A DNA stretch of 64,000 nucleotides from an uncultured Actinomycetes bacterium (GTDB lineage Bacteria; Actinomycetota; UBA4738; HRBIN12): positions 141,751 to 205,750 of the forward strand of contig CAWEOB010000001.1 of NCBI GenBank assembly GCA_963810635.1, given 5' to 3'. The notes below the pieces were generated by a model, which was not told where the DNA came from, searched no databases, and saw only the letters and a list, made by a program, of their open reading frames with translations. This document shows, in pieces, positions 18,036 to 27,884 of this stretch. Positions within the stretch are counted from its first letter, which is position 1; the number at the start of each line of letters is the position of its first letter. The position numbers were made by a program, and so were the translations under genes.

Positions 18036-19193
18036 TCAGACGACGTGCAGCGTCGGTGCCTCGACGGCGGTCACCGTCCCTGGAAGCTCCACGACGAAGC
18101 GCGCGCCCCCTCCCGGGCGATCCTCCACGTGCGCGCTCCCGCCGTGCAGCTCCGCGAACCGGCGGACGAGCGAGAGCCCGATGCCCACCCCACCGCGTGA
18201 TTCCGCTCCCTGGCGGAACGGTTCGAAGATCTCGTCCTTGATCTCGTCCGGGACGCCGGGCCCCTCATCCTCCACGTGCAGGACCACGCCGTCGGGCCGC
18301 TCGAGCACCTCGATGTGGATCGGGGTCCCCTGCGGTGTGTGGCGCCCCGCGTTCCCCAGCAGGTTCTCGACGATCCGTTCGACCTTGGCGGCGTCGACCT
18401 CGACCAGGACGGGGTCACCTTCGACCCGCACCGGGTGGCCGGCGAGCGCCGGGACGTCGGCCGCTGCGCGCCGAGCCAGGTCCGCCACGTCGGTGGCGTC
18501 CCGATCCGGCTTCAGCTGGCCCCGGCGCAGACGGTCGAGGTCCAGGAGGTCGTCGACGAGCCGGGTCGCCTTCGCTCCCGCCTGCTCGATCACGCGGTAG
18601 AGATCCTCCAGCTCCTCGTCGGTGAGCACGAGCTGATCGGACCGCCGGATCGTCTGCATCGCCCCGAGGATGCCGGCGAGCGGGCCCTTCAGGTCGTGCG
18701 AGACGGCGTGGAGCAAGGTGTCCTTCATCTCGTTGCGCTGCTGCAGGTCATCGGAGCGCTCGGTCTCGAAGGCGAGCTGCATGCCCTGCTGCTTGACGGC
18801 CGACCGGAGGATCGACAGGAGCCACACGACGAAGACGAAGACGCCGAACCACACGACGGCGTTCCAGGACGGCACCAAGCCGTTGCTGAGGCCGACGGTC
18901 ACGTCGGCGGCCTGGGCGGCGATCGTGGCGAAGCCCGCGATCATCAGCCCCCAGGGGCGCCCGACGTTCCAGGTGACCAGGAGGATCGGCATCAGGTAGA
19001 ACGGCGCGAGCGAGAATCCCCACCCGGTCATGTAGTCGATCAACCCGACCACGACCACGAAGATCACGCTCAGGGCGACCACGGCCCACGCCGGGGCACC
19101 CGAGAAGAACCCGTCCAAGGGTGATGCGCGCGGCTTCTTCTTCCGGCCACGCTTCCCGCGCCCCGCGCGCTCATCCGTCTGGCGAAGACCCAT
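18036..19193 (-). CDS. membrane sensor histidine kinase (HisKA + HATPase_c); no adjacent response regulator
   Basis: H-box 'HAVSHDLKGPL', N-box 'ENLLGNAGRHT', G-boxes 'DEGPGVP' and 'GGVGIGLSLV'. The N-terminal 4-TM region resembles the KdpD-type DUF4118 membrane module (from memory). Confidence 0.8.
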   Translation of the reverse strand: MGLRQTDERAGRGKRGRKKKPRASPLDGFFSGAPAWAVVALSVIFVVVVGLIDYMTGWGFSLAPFYLMPILLVTWNVGRPWGLMIAGFATIAAQAADVTVGLSNGLVPSWNAVVWFGVFVFVVWLLSILRSAVKQQGMQLAFETERSDDLQQRNEMKDTLLHAVSHDLKGPLAGILGAMQTIRRSDQLVLTDEELEDLYRVIEQAGAKATRLVDDLLDLDRLRRGQLKPDRDATDVADLARRAAADVPALAGHPVRVEGDPVLVEVDAAKVERIVENLLGNAGRHTPQGTPIHIEVLERPDGVVLHVEDEGPGVPDEIKDEIFEPFRQGAESRGGVGIGLSLVRRFAELHGGSAHVEDRPGGGARFVVELPGTVTAVEAPTLHVV

Positions 19194-19280
19194 CGATGCA
19201 GTACTCGGCGGACCCCTCGCCTACCTTGAGTCGAGTAGTCGGGTGGCTCCGAGCGGGATCCCGGCGGGCGAGAGCCCAGG

Positions 19281-19880
19281 TCAGTCCGGGAGACGGCGGA
19301 GGGCTCGGAGCGCGCGTCCTCGATGGCTGATGCGGTCTTTGTCGGCGGGTTCGAGCTCGGCCATGGTCCGATCCCACCCCTCGGGGACGAAGATGGGGTC
19401 GTACCCGAAGCCCCCGCTCCCCCGGGGTGTCGTGAGGATCGTTCCCTCGCAGGTTCCCTCGGCGTGGATCACCCGTCCCTCAGGGGTGGCGAGGACCGCG
19501 AGGCAGCGGTACCGCGCGGTCCGTCCGCCGGACGGGATGCCGCGGACGGCTCGGATCAACTCCGCCAGGTTCCGCTCGTCGGTGGCCCCCGCCCCCGCGT
19601 ACCGAGCGCTGCGGACGCCGGGCGCCCCGCCGAGCGCGTCGACCTCGATCCCGGAGTCATCGGCCAGGGCCGGGAGACCTGCGGCGGCCGCGACCGCCAC
19701 GGCCTTCAACGTCGCGTTCTCCAGGTACGTGGCGCCGGTCTCCTCGACCTCGGGGAAAGCGTCCGGATCGTGGTTCTCGACCGTGAACCACCGCACGGGC
19801 CAGTCGGCCGCGATGCGGGTGATCTCCCTGATCTTGTGCGCGTTGCGGGTGGCGAGCGCGAGAGCGGGCGGGAGCTCCAC
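19281..19880 (-). CDS. rdgB: dITP/XTP pyrophosphatase (RdgB/HAM1 family)
   Basis: 'LATRNAHKIREI', 'TYLENATLKA', 'ALADDSGIEVDALGGAPGVRSARYAG', 'GFGYDPIF' and 'DRISHRGRALR'. GTG start at 19880, 4 nt after the rph stop. Confidence 0.85.
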   Translation of the reverse strand: MELPPALALATRNAHKIREITRIAADWPVRWFTVENHDPDAFPEVEETGATYLENATLKAVAVAAAAGLPALADDSGIEVDALGGAPGVRSARYAGAGATDERNLAELIRAVRGIPSGGRTARYRCLAVLATPEGRVIHAEGTCEGTILTTPRGSGGFGYDPIFVPEGWDRTMAELEPADKDRISHRGRALRALRRLPD

Positions 19881-19884
19881 GGCC

Positions 19885-20604
19885 TCAGGCGCCGAGCGCT
19901 TCGTCCTGGATCTTCGTGAGCCGGGCGATACCCCCGGCCGCCAGGTCGAGCATCGCGTCCAGCTGTGCCCGGGTGAACGGCTCACCTTCGGCGGTCCCCT
20001 GCACCTCCACCAGATCACCGGCGCCGGTCATCACCACGTTGAAGTCGACCTCGGCACCAGCATCCTCCTCGTAGCAGAGATCGAGCAGCGGCTCACCCGC
20101 GACGAGGCCGACCGAGACGGCGGCCACGCGATCGCGCAGGAGATCGTCCTCGACGAGTCCTTGCTCCGCGAGCCCCCGGATCGCGAGCGCGAGCGCGAGG
20201 TATCCGCCCGTGATAGATGCCGTCCGCGTGCCCGCGTCGGCCTGGAGGACGTCACAGTCGACCGTGATCACCCGCTCGCCCAGGCGGCGGAGGTCCGTGA
20301 CGCTCCGCAACGCACGGCCGATGAGCCGCTGGATCTCCTGCGTGCGCCCGCCCGGCCGTCCGCGGGTCACCTCGCGCTGCGAGCGCTCGGCGGTGGCCGC
20401 GGGCAGCATCGAGTACTCGCCCGTCACCCAGCCTTTCCCGGTGCCGCGGAGCCAGCGCGGAGGATCGTCGGCAACGCTCGCGGCGCACAGCACCCGGGTA
20501 CGTCCCATGGAGAGCAGCACCGAGCCGGCCGCCCACTCCTGGTAGCCGAGCTCGTAGGTGACGGGCCGGAGCTCGTCGGGGGCGCGTCCATCCGGACGCG
20601 TCAC
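19885..20604 (-). CDS. rph: ribonuclease PH
   Basis: 'RPDGRAPDELRPV', 'GSVLLSMGRTRVLCAASV', 'GWVTGEYSMLPAAT', 'GRTQEIQRLIGRALR' and 'DCDVLQADAGTRTASITG'. The GTG at 20604 overlaps the upstream stop (GTGA). Confidence 0.9.
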   Translation of the reverse strand: MTRPDGRAPDELRPVTYELGYQEWAAGSVLLSMGRTRVLCAASVADDPPRWLRGTGKGWVTGEYSMLPAATAERSQREVTRGRPGGRTQEIQRLIGRALRSVTDLRRLGERVITVDCDVLQADAGTRTASITGGYLALALAIRGLAEQGLVEDDLLRDRVAAVSVGLVAGEPLLDLCYEEDAGAEVDFNVVMTGAGDLVEVQGTAEGEPFTRAQLDAMLDLAAGGIARLTKIQDEALGA

Positions 20605-21353
20605 CCGCCGACCTCCCACGACGATCCCGGTGTCGCGACGTCGACGCGGCCGCGGAACACCGCGGCCGCCTCGTCGCGCGACCGCCCGCCGTCCAGCGAA
20701 GGCAGCAGGTGCGTGAGCACCAGGCTGCCGACGTCGGCCTTCGCGGCGTGCTCCGCGGCTTGCGCCGCGCTCAGATGGAAGTAGGTGAGATCCTCGCCGT
20801 TCTGGTAGCTGGCCTCGCACAGGAACAGGTCGGCGCCCCGGGCGAGCTCGACGGCCGCGTCGCACGGGCCGGTGTCGCCGGTGTACGCGAGCGTCGCGCC
20901 GCCCGCCTCGATCCGATACCCGAGCGACCGCACGCCGATGTGCGTCATCTCGTACGGCGTGATCCGGAACGGGCCGACCTCGAACGACGTTCCGTCGTGC
21001 GCCTCCGTGAAGGCGAACGCCTCCCCCATCACGTTGCGTCCGTTCTCCGACACCAGGAGGCTGGCGAGATCCGTGAACCCCTCGGGCGAGAAGAAGGGCA
21101 GGTTCGGTTCGCCCATCCCGCCGTAGTGGCGCGCGTAGAACGCCGGGATGATGTCGATGAAGTGGTCGGCGTGACCGTGCGAGATGGCGATGGCTCCCAC
21201 CTCCTCGACCCCCACGTGCTCCTGCAGCTTCGCGAAGGTCCCCGTGCCGGCGTCGAGCCACAGGTTGAAGCCGTCGTGGGAGACCAGGTACCCACAGCAC
21301 TCACCACCGGGCCCCGGCCAGGTGCCCTGAGCGCCCAACACCATCAGCCTCAC
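20601..21353 (-). CDS. MBL-fold metallo-hydrolase (Rv1339-like position between murI and rph)
   Basis: 250-aa ORF with the HxHxDH motif (ISHGHADHF). Its position between murI and rph matches the mycobacterial arrangement as I recall it. Confidence 0.8.
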   Translation of the reverse strand: MRLMVLGAQGTWPGPGGECCGYLVSHDGFNLWLDAGTGTFAKLQEHVGVEEVGAIAISHGHADHFIDIIPAFYARHYGGMGEPNLPFFSPEGFTDLASLLVSENGRNVMGEAFAFTEAHDGTSFEVGPFRITPYEMTHIGVRSLGYRIEAGGATLAYTGDTGPCDAAVELARGADLFLCEASYQNGEDLTYFHLSAAQAAEHAAKADVGSLVLTHLLPSLDGGRSRDEAAAVFRGRVDVATPGSSWEVGG

Positions 21354-22160
21354 GCGCGCACCTCGGCATCCAGGTGCACCGCGTCAACGTGATCGAGCTC
21401 GTGGCCGAGGAACAGCTCGGCCAGCCGGCGGAACGGGGCCACCTTGCCTGTGGTCAGGAAGCCGTGACGGGGCGGCTCGGCGTCGGTCCGGAGCCGGTCG
21501 CCGCGCACGAGCTCGGCGTAGACATCCTTCCCGGTCTCCTCGGCCGAGGAGACCAGCACGACGTCGGGCCCCATCTCCATCTGGAGGAGCCCCGACAGCA
21601 ACGGGTAGTGCGTGCAGCCAAGGATCAGCGTGTCCACTCCCTCGTCCTTCAGCGGTGCAAGATACCCTCGCGCGGCCCTCCGTAGCTCGTCGGAGGTGGT
21701 ATCGCCCCGCTCGACGTGCTCCACGAAGACCGGGCACGTGGCCGCGTGCAGCGTTGCCGCGGACCCGATGGCTCGTTGATAGGCCCCGGTCGCGAGGGTG
21801 GCCTCCGTGCCGATCACGCCGACGACACCGCTGCGCGTGGCCCGGATCGCGGCTCGTACGCCGGGGTTCACCACGCCCACGACCGGCACACCATGTTCCG
21901 AGGCGATGTCGCCGATCGCGCTCACCTCGATCGAGTTGCAGGCAACCACGAGCATCTTGACGCCGCGGTCCGCGAGGTAGCGCGCGATGGCAAGGGCGAA
22001 GCCCCGGATCTCCACCGACGGACTTCGGCCCGTAGGGGAAATGAGCCGCGTCGCCGACGTACAGGAGCGACTCGTTCGGGAGCTGGTCGAGGATGGCGCG
22101 AGCCACGGTGAGACCACCGACCCCTGAGTCGAACACCCCGATGGGGCGACTATCCGGCAT
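21350..22160 (-). CDS. murI: glutamate racemase (one frameshift near 22015 as sequenced)
   Basis: The N-terminus '[17 protein letters not shown]...[15 protein letters not shown]' (track ORF 21384..22160) joins '[14 protein letters not shown]...MLVVACNS...[11 protein letters not shown]' (track ORF 21350..22486). The length is 3n+1. Confidence 0.85.
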
Positions 22161-22163
22161 CCG

Positions 22164-23111
22164 TTACCACCACAACGACTCCTCGACGCCCTTCTCCGCG
22201 GCGGCCACATCATCCGCCCAGGCCTGGGTGGACAGGTACTTCCAGCCGCCGTCCGCCAGCAAGCAGACCACATCGCCCTCCTCGAGGTCCTGGGCGATCC
22301 GTTGCGCCACGTGCACGACCGCACCCGAAGAGATCCCCGAGAAGATCCCTTCCCTGGCCGTGAGCTCACGTGTCGCTCGCAACGAGTCGGTCGAATCGAC
22401 CAGGAACTTCCGGTCGATCTGCGCCGGGTCGAAGATCGGCGGCACGAATCCCTCCTCGAGCGATCGGAGCCCGTAGACGAGGTCACCGAGCTCCGGCTCG
22501 GCCGCGATCACCTGGATCGAGGCGTCGTGGGCATGCAGCGCTCGCCCCACGCCGGTGAGCGTTCCCCCGGTGCCCATGCCTGCCACGAAATGGCTCACAT
22601 CCGGCAGGTCGCGAAGGATCTCCACGGCCGTGCCCTCCTCGTGAGCCTTCGGGTTCGCCGGGTTGCCGTACTGGAAGGGCATGAAGTAGCGCTCATCCCG
22701 CGCGAGCGCCCGGGCAACCTCGATCGATCCGTTCGTACCCTTCCGACCGTCGCTGAACACGATCTCGGCGCCGAACAAGCGTAGGAGCCCGATGCGCTCC
22801 TCGCTCGCGTTGTCGGGGATCACGACCGTGAGGGCATAGCCCTTCCGGCGCGCGACCATGGCGAGCGCGATGCCGGTGTTGCCCGAGGTCGGCTCGAGGA
22901 TGGTCTTGTCGGGCGTGAGCTCGCCGCTCGCTTCCGCGTCCTCGATCATCCGGAGTGCGATCCGGTCCTTGGTGGAGCCGGTCGGGTTGCTCCCCTCGAG
23001 CTTGGCCCACAGGCGGACACGCGGCTTCGGAGACATGCGAGAGATGCCGACCAACGGGGTGTCGCCGATCGCATCCAGGATGGAGTCGTAGCGGGCCACG
23101 GCGCCGATCAT
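22164..23111 (-). CDS. cysM: CysM-type cysteine synthase (PLP; CysO-thiocarboxylate/O-phosphoserine type)
   Basis: 315-aa intact ORF. 'NPTGSTKDR' contains the PLP lysine, and 'EPTSGNTGIALA' and 'GMGTGGTLTG' are present. Overall and in its C-terminal tail ('...WKYLST...LWW') it closely resembles mycobacterial CysM as I remember it. Confidence 0.85.
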   Translation of the reverse strand: MIGAVARYDSILDAIGDTPLVGISRMSPKPRVRLWAKLEGSNPTGSTKDRIALRMIEDAEASGELTPDKTILEPTSGNTGIALAMVARRKGYALTVVIPDNASEERIGLLRLFGAEIVFSDGRKGTNGSIEVARALARDERYFMPFQYGNPANPKAHEEGTAVEILRDLPDVSHFVAGMGTGGTLTGVGRALHAHDASIQVIAAEPELGDLVYGLRSLEEGFVPPIFDPAQIDRKFLVDSTDSLRATRELTAREGIFSGISSGAVVHVAQRIAQDLEEGDVVCLLADGGWKYLSTQAWADDVAAAEKGVEESLWW

Positions 23112-23133
23112 CCTACCGGCGCACGATCGCGGG

Positions 23134-23992
23134 TCATGCGGTCGGGAGGCGTTCGCGCCCGCCCTGGAACCTGCGCTCCGCGATCCGCCGGCCCACCTCG
23201 GCGGCGATCACGATCCCGACGGAGGCCACCAGGACGAGCGACGACACCGCCAGCAGCTGCGGCAGCTGGCTCGGCACCCGCAGCTGTGAGAAGAGGTACA
23301 CGGGCCAGGTCGACTGGGTTCCGGCCAGGAAGGACGCGATCGCGTACTCGTCGAAGGACAACGTGAATGCGATGACGTACGCCGAGACGAGGGCCGGCAT
23401 CAGCAAGCGTGAGGGTCACGCGGCGGAAGGCCTGCCACGGGCTGGCACCGAGGTCCCGCGCGGCATCGTCCAGGTCGAGGCCGAGCCGTTCGAGCAAGGG
23501 GAGGATGGTGAGGATCGTGTACGGGAGCGACACCACCACGTGCCCGATCACGACGGCGTGGAGTCCGAGACCGATGTACTGGCCCGTCGCCGATGCGAGG
23601 AACCGGTCCACCACCGTGAAGATCACGAGCAGCGCGATCCCGAACACCAGATAGGGCACGACGAGCGGCGAGAAGACGAGCGCCGAGACGGCCGACTTGC
23701 CGAGGAACCGCCGTCGCACGAGGGCGAACGAGACCAGGACGCCCAGGACGACCGCGATGGCGCTCGACACGGCGGCAACCATGAAGCTCCGCTGCAAGGA
23801 GACGACGAGCGTCGGGTTCGAGAGGAACCGGTGGTACCACTCGGTCGTGAACCCCTCGAGGGGGAAGCTCGGGCCCCCATCGTTGAAGGAGAACACCGTC
23901 AACAGGACGATCGGGAGATAGAGGAAGACGACCAGCAGACAGAAGAATGCGATCAACAGCCGTCGGGCGGCGGGCGAGGTGGCGATCTCCAT
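23134..23992 (-). CDS. ABC transporter permease (PotC/PotI-like; one frameshift near 23408)
   Basis: 'MEIATSPAARRLLIAFFCLLVVFLYLPIVLL...' through 'DLDDAARDLGASPWQAFRRVTL' joins 'LLMPALVSAYVIAFTLSFDEYAIASFLAG...' (track ORF 23134..23406). The ATG at 23992 overlaps the upstream stop (ATGA). The length is 3n+1. Confidence 0.75.
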
Positions 23993-24910
23993 CAGCCGGC
24001 CACCTCTCGGACCCTCAGGTACCGCCCGAACACCGCCATCAGGATCGCGATGACCCCGAGCAGGAACAATGCGAGCACCGACCCCGTCTCCCAGTCGAGC
24101 CCTCGCGTGAAGGCGTCTTGGATCGCGTTGCCGTACATGTAGCCGCTCGGACCTCCGACCAGCAGCGGCGTCACGAACTCGCCGATGGTGGGGATGAACA
24201 CGAACAGGAAGGCGGCGAAGATCCCCGGCAGGCTCAGCCGGAGGGTGACGCGCAGGAAGGTCGACCACCGGCTCGCGCCCAGATCGCTCGACGCCTCGAG
24301 CAGACTCCGGTCGAGGTTGTCGAGGCTCACGAAGATGGGGAGGGCCACGAAGGGGACCCACACGTACGCCAGGACGAGCATCACCGTGAACTGGCTGTAG
24401 ATCAACCAGGTGACCGGGTCGTCGGGCTCCCGGAGCCCCGTCCAGAAGAGGAACGAGTTCACGACACCGGCATCTCCGAGGATGACCTTCCATGCCAGGA
24501 CGCGGAGCAGGTAGCTCGTCAGGAACGGCGCGATGATCACCAAGAGCAGGACGTACTTGCGCTTATGGACGCAGAGCGCCAGGAAATAGCCCGTGGGGTA
24601 CGCCAGGAGGACCACCACGACCGAGACCGTGAGCGACATCCGGATCGACTTCAAGAACAGGTTGAGGTAGACGGAATCACCGGTCAGGAACCGCCGCCAT
24701 CCGTCGAGCGTCGCCACGCCCGTGTCGTTGGGGAAGAGCTTGACCGCGCCGACGCTCTCCGCGGCGACGAACGCCACCGGCACCACGAAGAAGAGGAGCA
24801 GCCACAGCATCGGGGCGCCGAGCGATCGCCGCCGTCACCCGGCGATCGTGCCGACGCCAGACCTTCTCGGTCGACTCGGGCGCATCCTCGAGCGTGGTCG
24901 CCACGGGCAC
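23992..24910 (-). CDS. ABC transporter permease (PotB/PotH-like; probable frameshift near 24835, or internal start at 24810)
   Basis: Track ORF 23992..24810 carries the EAA-type loop 'LLEASSDLGASRWSTFLRVTL'. A GTG at 24910, 18 nt after the SBP stop, opens 'MPVATTLEDAPESTEKVWRRHDRR', which would join '...RRRSLGAPMLWLLLFF' after one frame change. Confidence 0.65.
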
Positions 24911-24928
24911 CGGCGCGGGGAGCGCCCC

Positions 24929-26119
24929 TCAGGCCGCCTGAACCTCGGTCCAGTACTGCTGATAGACATCGCGCCGGGGGATCCACTGCTCCGGGTGCGA
25001 GTTGGGCTCCTGGAGCACCGTCGGATCGTCGAGTCCGAGGGCTCCACGGACGCCGTCGGGAACCACCGACAGATCCGCCTGCGTGTTCGTGTGACCGTAG
25101 TAGTAGTAGCCGAGGAGGAACTCCGCAGCGTCCGTGCTCGCCCAGGAGTTGACGTACTCGTGCGCGTGCCGGTAGTTCTCGGAATCCGCGAACAGGCCGA
25201 ACCCGCAGACCCAGGAGATCCGCCCCTCCTTGGGCTGCATGTACGCGTAGTTCATGCCCTCGGCATCCGCGTACCCCACCGTGTCCGGCCAGGAGTACCC
25301 GGCCCACACCTCTTCCTTCTGGAAGGCCAACCAGAAGTCGTACGACTGGTTCCAGTAGAAGCGAACGAGTCCCTTCTTGGAGATGAGGAAGTCACGGACC
25401 TCGGCGAGCTCGTCATCGGTCATGTCCCACGGGTCGGGCATCTCGAGGAAGTAGCCCGCCACGACCATCATGTTGAGCGTGTCGATCCACGAGATCTTGT
25501 CCTTGTAGCGCTCATCGAACAGCACGCCGAACGTCTCGTCGCTCGCATCCACGTGATCAGCGTTGACGAGCGGCGCGATGAAGCCCCAGTCCATGGGCAC
25601 GAAGTACTGCTGGCCATCGAACTGCCCGGCTTCCATGAGTTTCGGGTTGAGCTGCGTGTAGTTGGCGATGAGCGAGGTGTCCCAGGGCTGGAGGACCCCG
25701 AGGTCGACCCAATCCTTGTACCGGTAGCCGCACGGATGCACGACGTCGTAGCGAGCGCCCGCGACCACGTCCGTGTAACCCGTGTCGTCGTTCTCGTACA
25801 GGATGAACTCGGGGGTATCACCGGTGGCGGCCGCATAGTCGGCCCAGAGGTACCGCTTCTCCTTGCCGGGGTAGTAATCGCCGTTCCCGTACCCCGACCA
25901 ATCGAAGACCTGCAGACCCCCCGGCTCCGCGGAGATCGGCGGGATGCTCGCCGAGTTCGATCCCGGCCCCGCAGCGGTCTCCGCGTTCTTGCAGGCGGCC
26001 AGGACGCCACCGGCGCCGAGGGCGACGCCCGAGTACCCCGCGTACCTGAGGAAATCGCGTCGCCCGATGCCGCGCGTGGAGCGCCTGTCCACCATGCCGG
26101 ATCCTCCCCCTTCGGTCAC
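24929..26119 (-). CDS. ABC transporter substrate-binding lipoprotein (PotD/PotF polyamine-type), Tat signal
   Basis: Twin-arginine and lipobox leader (RGIGRRDFLRYAGYSGVALGAGGVLAAC). The mature part is aromatic-rich, like polyamine-binding proteins. An alternative start is the ATG at 26095. Confidence 0.8.
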   Translation of the reverse strand: MTEGGGSGMVDRRSTRGIGRRDFLRYAGYSGVALGAGGVLAACKNAETAAGPGSNSASIPPISAEPGGLQVFDWSGYGNGDYYPGKEKRYLWADYAAATGDTPEFILYENDDTGYTDVVAGARYDVVHPCGYRYKDWVDLGVLQPWDTSLIANYTQLNPKLMEAGQFDGQQYFVPMDWGFIAPLVNADHVDASDETFGVLFDERYKDKISWIDTLNMMVVAGYFLEMPDPWDMTDDELAEVRDFLISKKGLVRFYWNQSYDFWLAFQKEEVWAGYSWPDTVGYADAEGMNYAYMQPKEGRISWVCGFGLFADSENYRHAHEYVNSWASTDAAEFLLGYYYYGHTNTQADLSVVPDGVRGALGLDDPTVLQEPNSHPEQWIPRRDVYQQYWTEVQAA

Positions 26120-26198
26120 GAAACTCCCGAGACGGTCCGTATCATCGGGCAGGAGTGGACCGGGAGCAAGGCATCAGCGTTCGGGGGCAACGAACCAG

Positions 26199-26783
26199 AT
26201 GAGACGGACCCTGATGATCGCGGTGATCGTCGCGACCGCGCTCACATCCTGTGCGAGCGACCTCGACGTGGGAGCCGTCCCGACGCGGGCGGGGTCCCCG
26301 CCGCCCGCGTTGCCGGCCGCGGCGCTCCCGACCATGACGGTAACGGGCGAGATGGCATCGATCGACGCCGAGGTCGTCGCGGCCGAGGCGACCCACCCGG
26401 ACGACCTCCAGGCCCTCCTGGAGGAGTCGGGTTTCGCGGGTGGGGTGCAGCGCTCCTTCGGTGGCGGGCGGGGTGCTTTCGCCCGCGTCCTGGCCCGGGG
26501 CCTCGCGTTCACCGATGTCGAAGGAGCGACCGCCTACCTCGACTGGTTCGGGGAACTCGGAGGCGTGGAGCTCATCAACGCCGACCCGATCGCGCCGACG
26601 AACCTCCCATCGGGGGCGGTGGCGTTCCGGCACCTCCCGGACGGCTGCTGTCACAACGATGTCCCCGTGTTCATGGCCGCGTGGCGCCGCGGCTCGTCCG
26701 TCCTCTATGTGAGCGGCGCGGGTCGCCGCGCGAACGCCGCAGCGTTGGTCGACCTGGTGCGCGTCTACGACGAGGAGACCTGA
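26199..26783 (+). CDS. hypothetical lipoprotein
   Basis: ATG at 26199 within track ORF 25944..26783. Lipoprotein signal MRRTLMIAVIVATALTSC. I recognise no family. Confidence 0.55.
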   Translation: MRRTLMIAVIVATALTSCASDLDVGAVPTRAGSPPPALPAAALPTMTVTGEMASIDAEVVAAEATHPDDLQALLEESGFAGGVQRSFGGGRGAFARVLARGLAFTDVEGATAYLDWFGELGGVELINADPIAPTNLPSGAVAFRHLPDGCCHNDVPVFMAAWRRGSSVLYVSGAGRRANAAALVDLVRVYDEET

Positions 26784-26788
26784 ACGTG

Positions 26789-27210
26789 ATGTCCGACCTC
26801 CCGGGCGAGCCGGTCGACCACATGAACGCGCTGCTCCGGCTGCTCCTGCCGTTCGCGAGGAGCTCGATCACGACCGATGGGACCTTGGAGCCGCTCGGCG
26901 CCTGCATGGCGACCGACGGCGAGCTGGAGACCGCCCAGGCCGACGGGGACCCGTCGGATGCCGTGGAGGAGATCCGGGCCGGGTTCCGCCGACGTGCCGC
27001 CGACGGAGGGCTCGTGGCAGCCGGCATCTGCACCGCGGTGGCCCTCGACGAGGAAGGGTGGCCGGGGGGTGTGAGCGTCCAGCTCGAGCATCGCAACGCG
27101 GAGCCGTTCACGCTCGTCCACCCGTACCGACGGGAGGACGACGTCACGACGTGGGGTGAGGCGTTCCGGGATCCCCGGGAGAGCGCAGCATCTGGACGGC
27201 GGCCCGCTGA
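26789..27210 (+). CDS. hypothetical cytoplasmic protein (3' end uncertain)
   Basis: ATG at 26789, 6 nt after the upstream stop, in the frame of the 1070-aa track ORF. The sequence is protein-like up to '...TTWGEAFRDP'. The frame then runs antisense through the next gene with no stop. A shift near 27185 would give a stop at about 27210. Confidence 0.3.
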
Positions 27211-27228
27211 TCGCCGCGATCCGATCGG

Positions 27229-27801
27229 TCAGAGCCCGGTGCCCTCGTCCGGCGATGTCGGGGGCTTGCGCGAGCGGTTCCAGATGATCCAGGCCACGAC
27301 GCCGATCGCGGCGGCCAGGAGGAGCAACCACCACCAGCCGCTCCCGTCCTCGCTCGCAGGCGCCGGTGAAGGTGAGACGGAGCTGGTGGAGGAAGTCACC
27401 GTCGGCGAGAGGGTCGGCGACGCCGACGTACTCGACGTCGTGGGGGTCGAGGATGCGGTTGGCGTCGGCGACGGCTCCGAAGATGGCTCTTCGGTCGGCG
27501 AGGACGTCGATGAGCTCGAGGAAGAGGCTTCCTCCGAGGACGACGTCGGCTCCGACGGCTCAGGCTCTTCGGACGGCGTGGGTTCGTCGGTGGGCGCGGG
27601 GGCTTCGGACGGCGTGGGTTCGTCTGTCGGCGTGGGCTCGTCCGTGGGTCGGGGCGAGATCGAGATGGTGGGAAGCGTGACGGAGCGGCTGACCGTGGGA
27701 AGGCCGCTGAACGTGGGGAGATCCGTGGGCCGATCTCCCGAGCACGCCACCAGGATCAGGGCCAGGAGCCCGAGCCCGACCGTCGGGTGCCAGGGCTTCA
27801 T
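27229..27801 (-). CDS. Pro/Thr/Ser/Glu-rich lipoprotein with a C-terminal TM anchor
   Basis: Lipobox leader (MKPWHPTVGLGLLALILVAC), a long low-complexity PTDEPTPSE/S-rich linker, and a C-terminal helix (WWWLLLLAAAIGVVAWIIW). An opposite-strand long ORF also exists (see the rejected list). Confidence 0.5.
   Translation of the reverse strand: MKPWHPTVGLGLLALILVACSGDRPTDLPTFSGLPTVSRSVTLPTISISPRPTDEPTPTDEPTPSEAPAPTDEPTPSEEPEPSEPTSSSEEASSSSSSTSSPTEEPSSEPSPTPTASSTPTTSSTSASPTLSPTVTSSTSSVSPSPAPASEDGSGWWWLLLLAAAIGVVAWIIWNRSRKPPTSPDEGTGL
27567..27638. repeat. imperfect 36-bp tandem duplication inside the PT-rich gene
   Basis: 'cttcggacggcgtgggttcgtc' occurs at 27567-27588 and again at 27603-27624, a 36-nt period. 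It encodes the repeated PTDEPTPSE(A/E)P on the minus strand. Confidence 0.5.
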
Positions 27802-27884
27802 CCGCGAGGACGACCGAACCCTCATTCAGGTAGCCAACCACAAGAACCGACGTCTTCACGTCAACGAACGGGAGATCGTCGGTC

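Noticed and set aside
16233-18200. 655-aa ORF suggesting a large fusion protein
   Set aside because: This is readthrough created by the frameshift at the C6 run (16975-16980). Beyond about 17124 it is antisense to the Kv channel gene and has a biased Arg/Asp/His composition.
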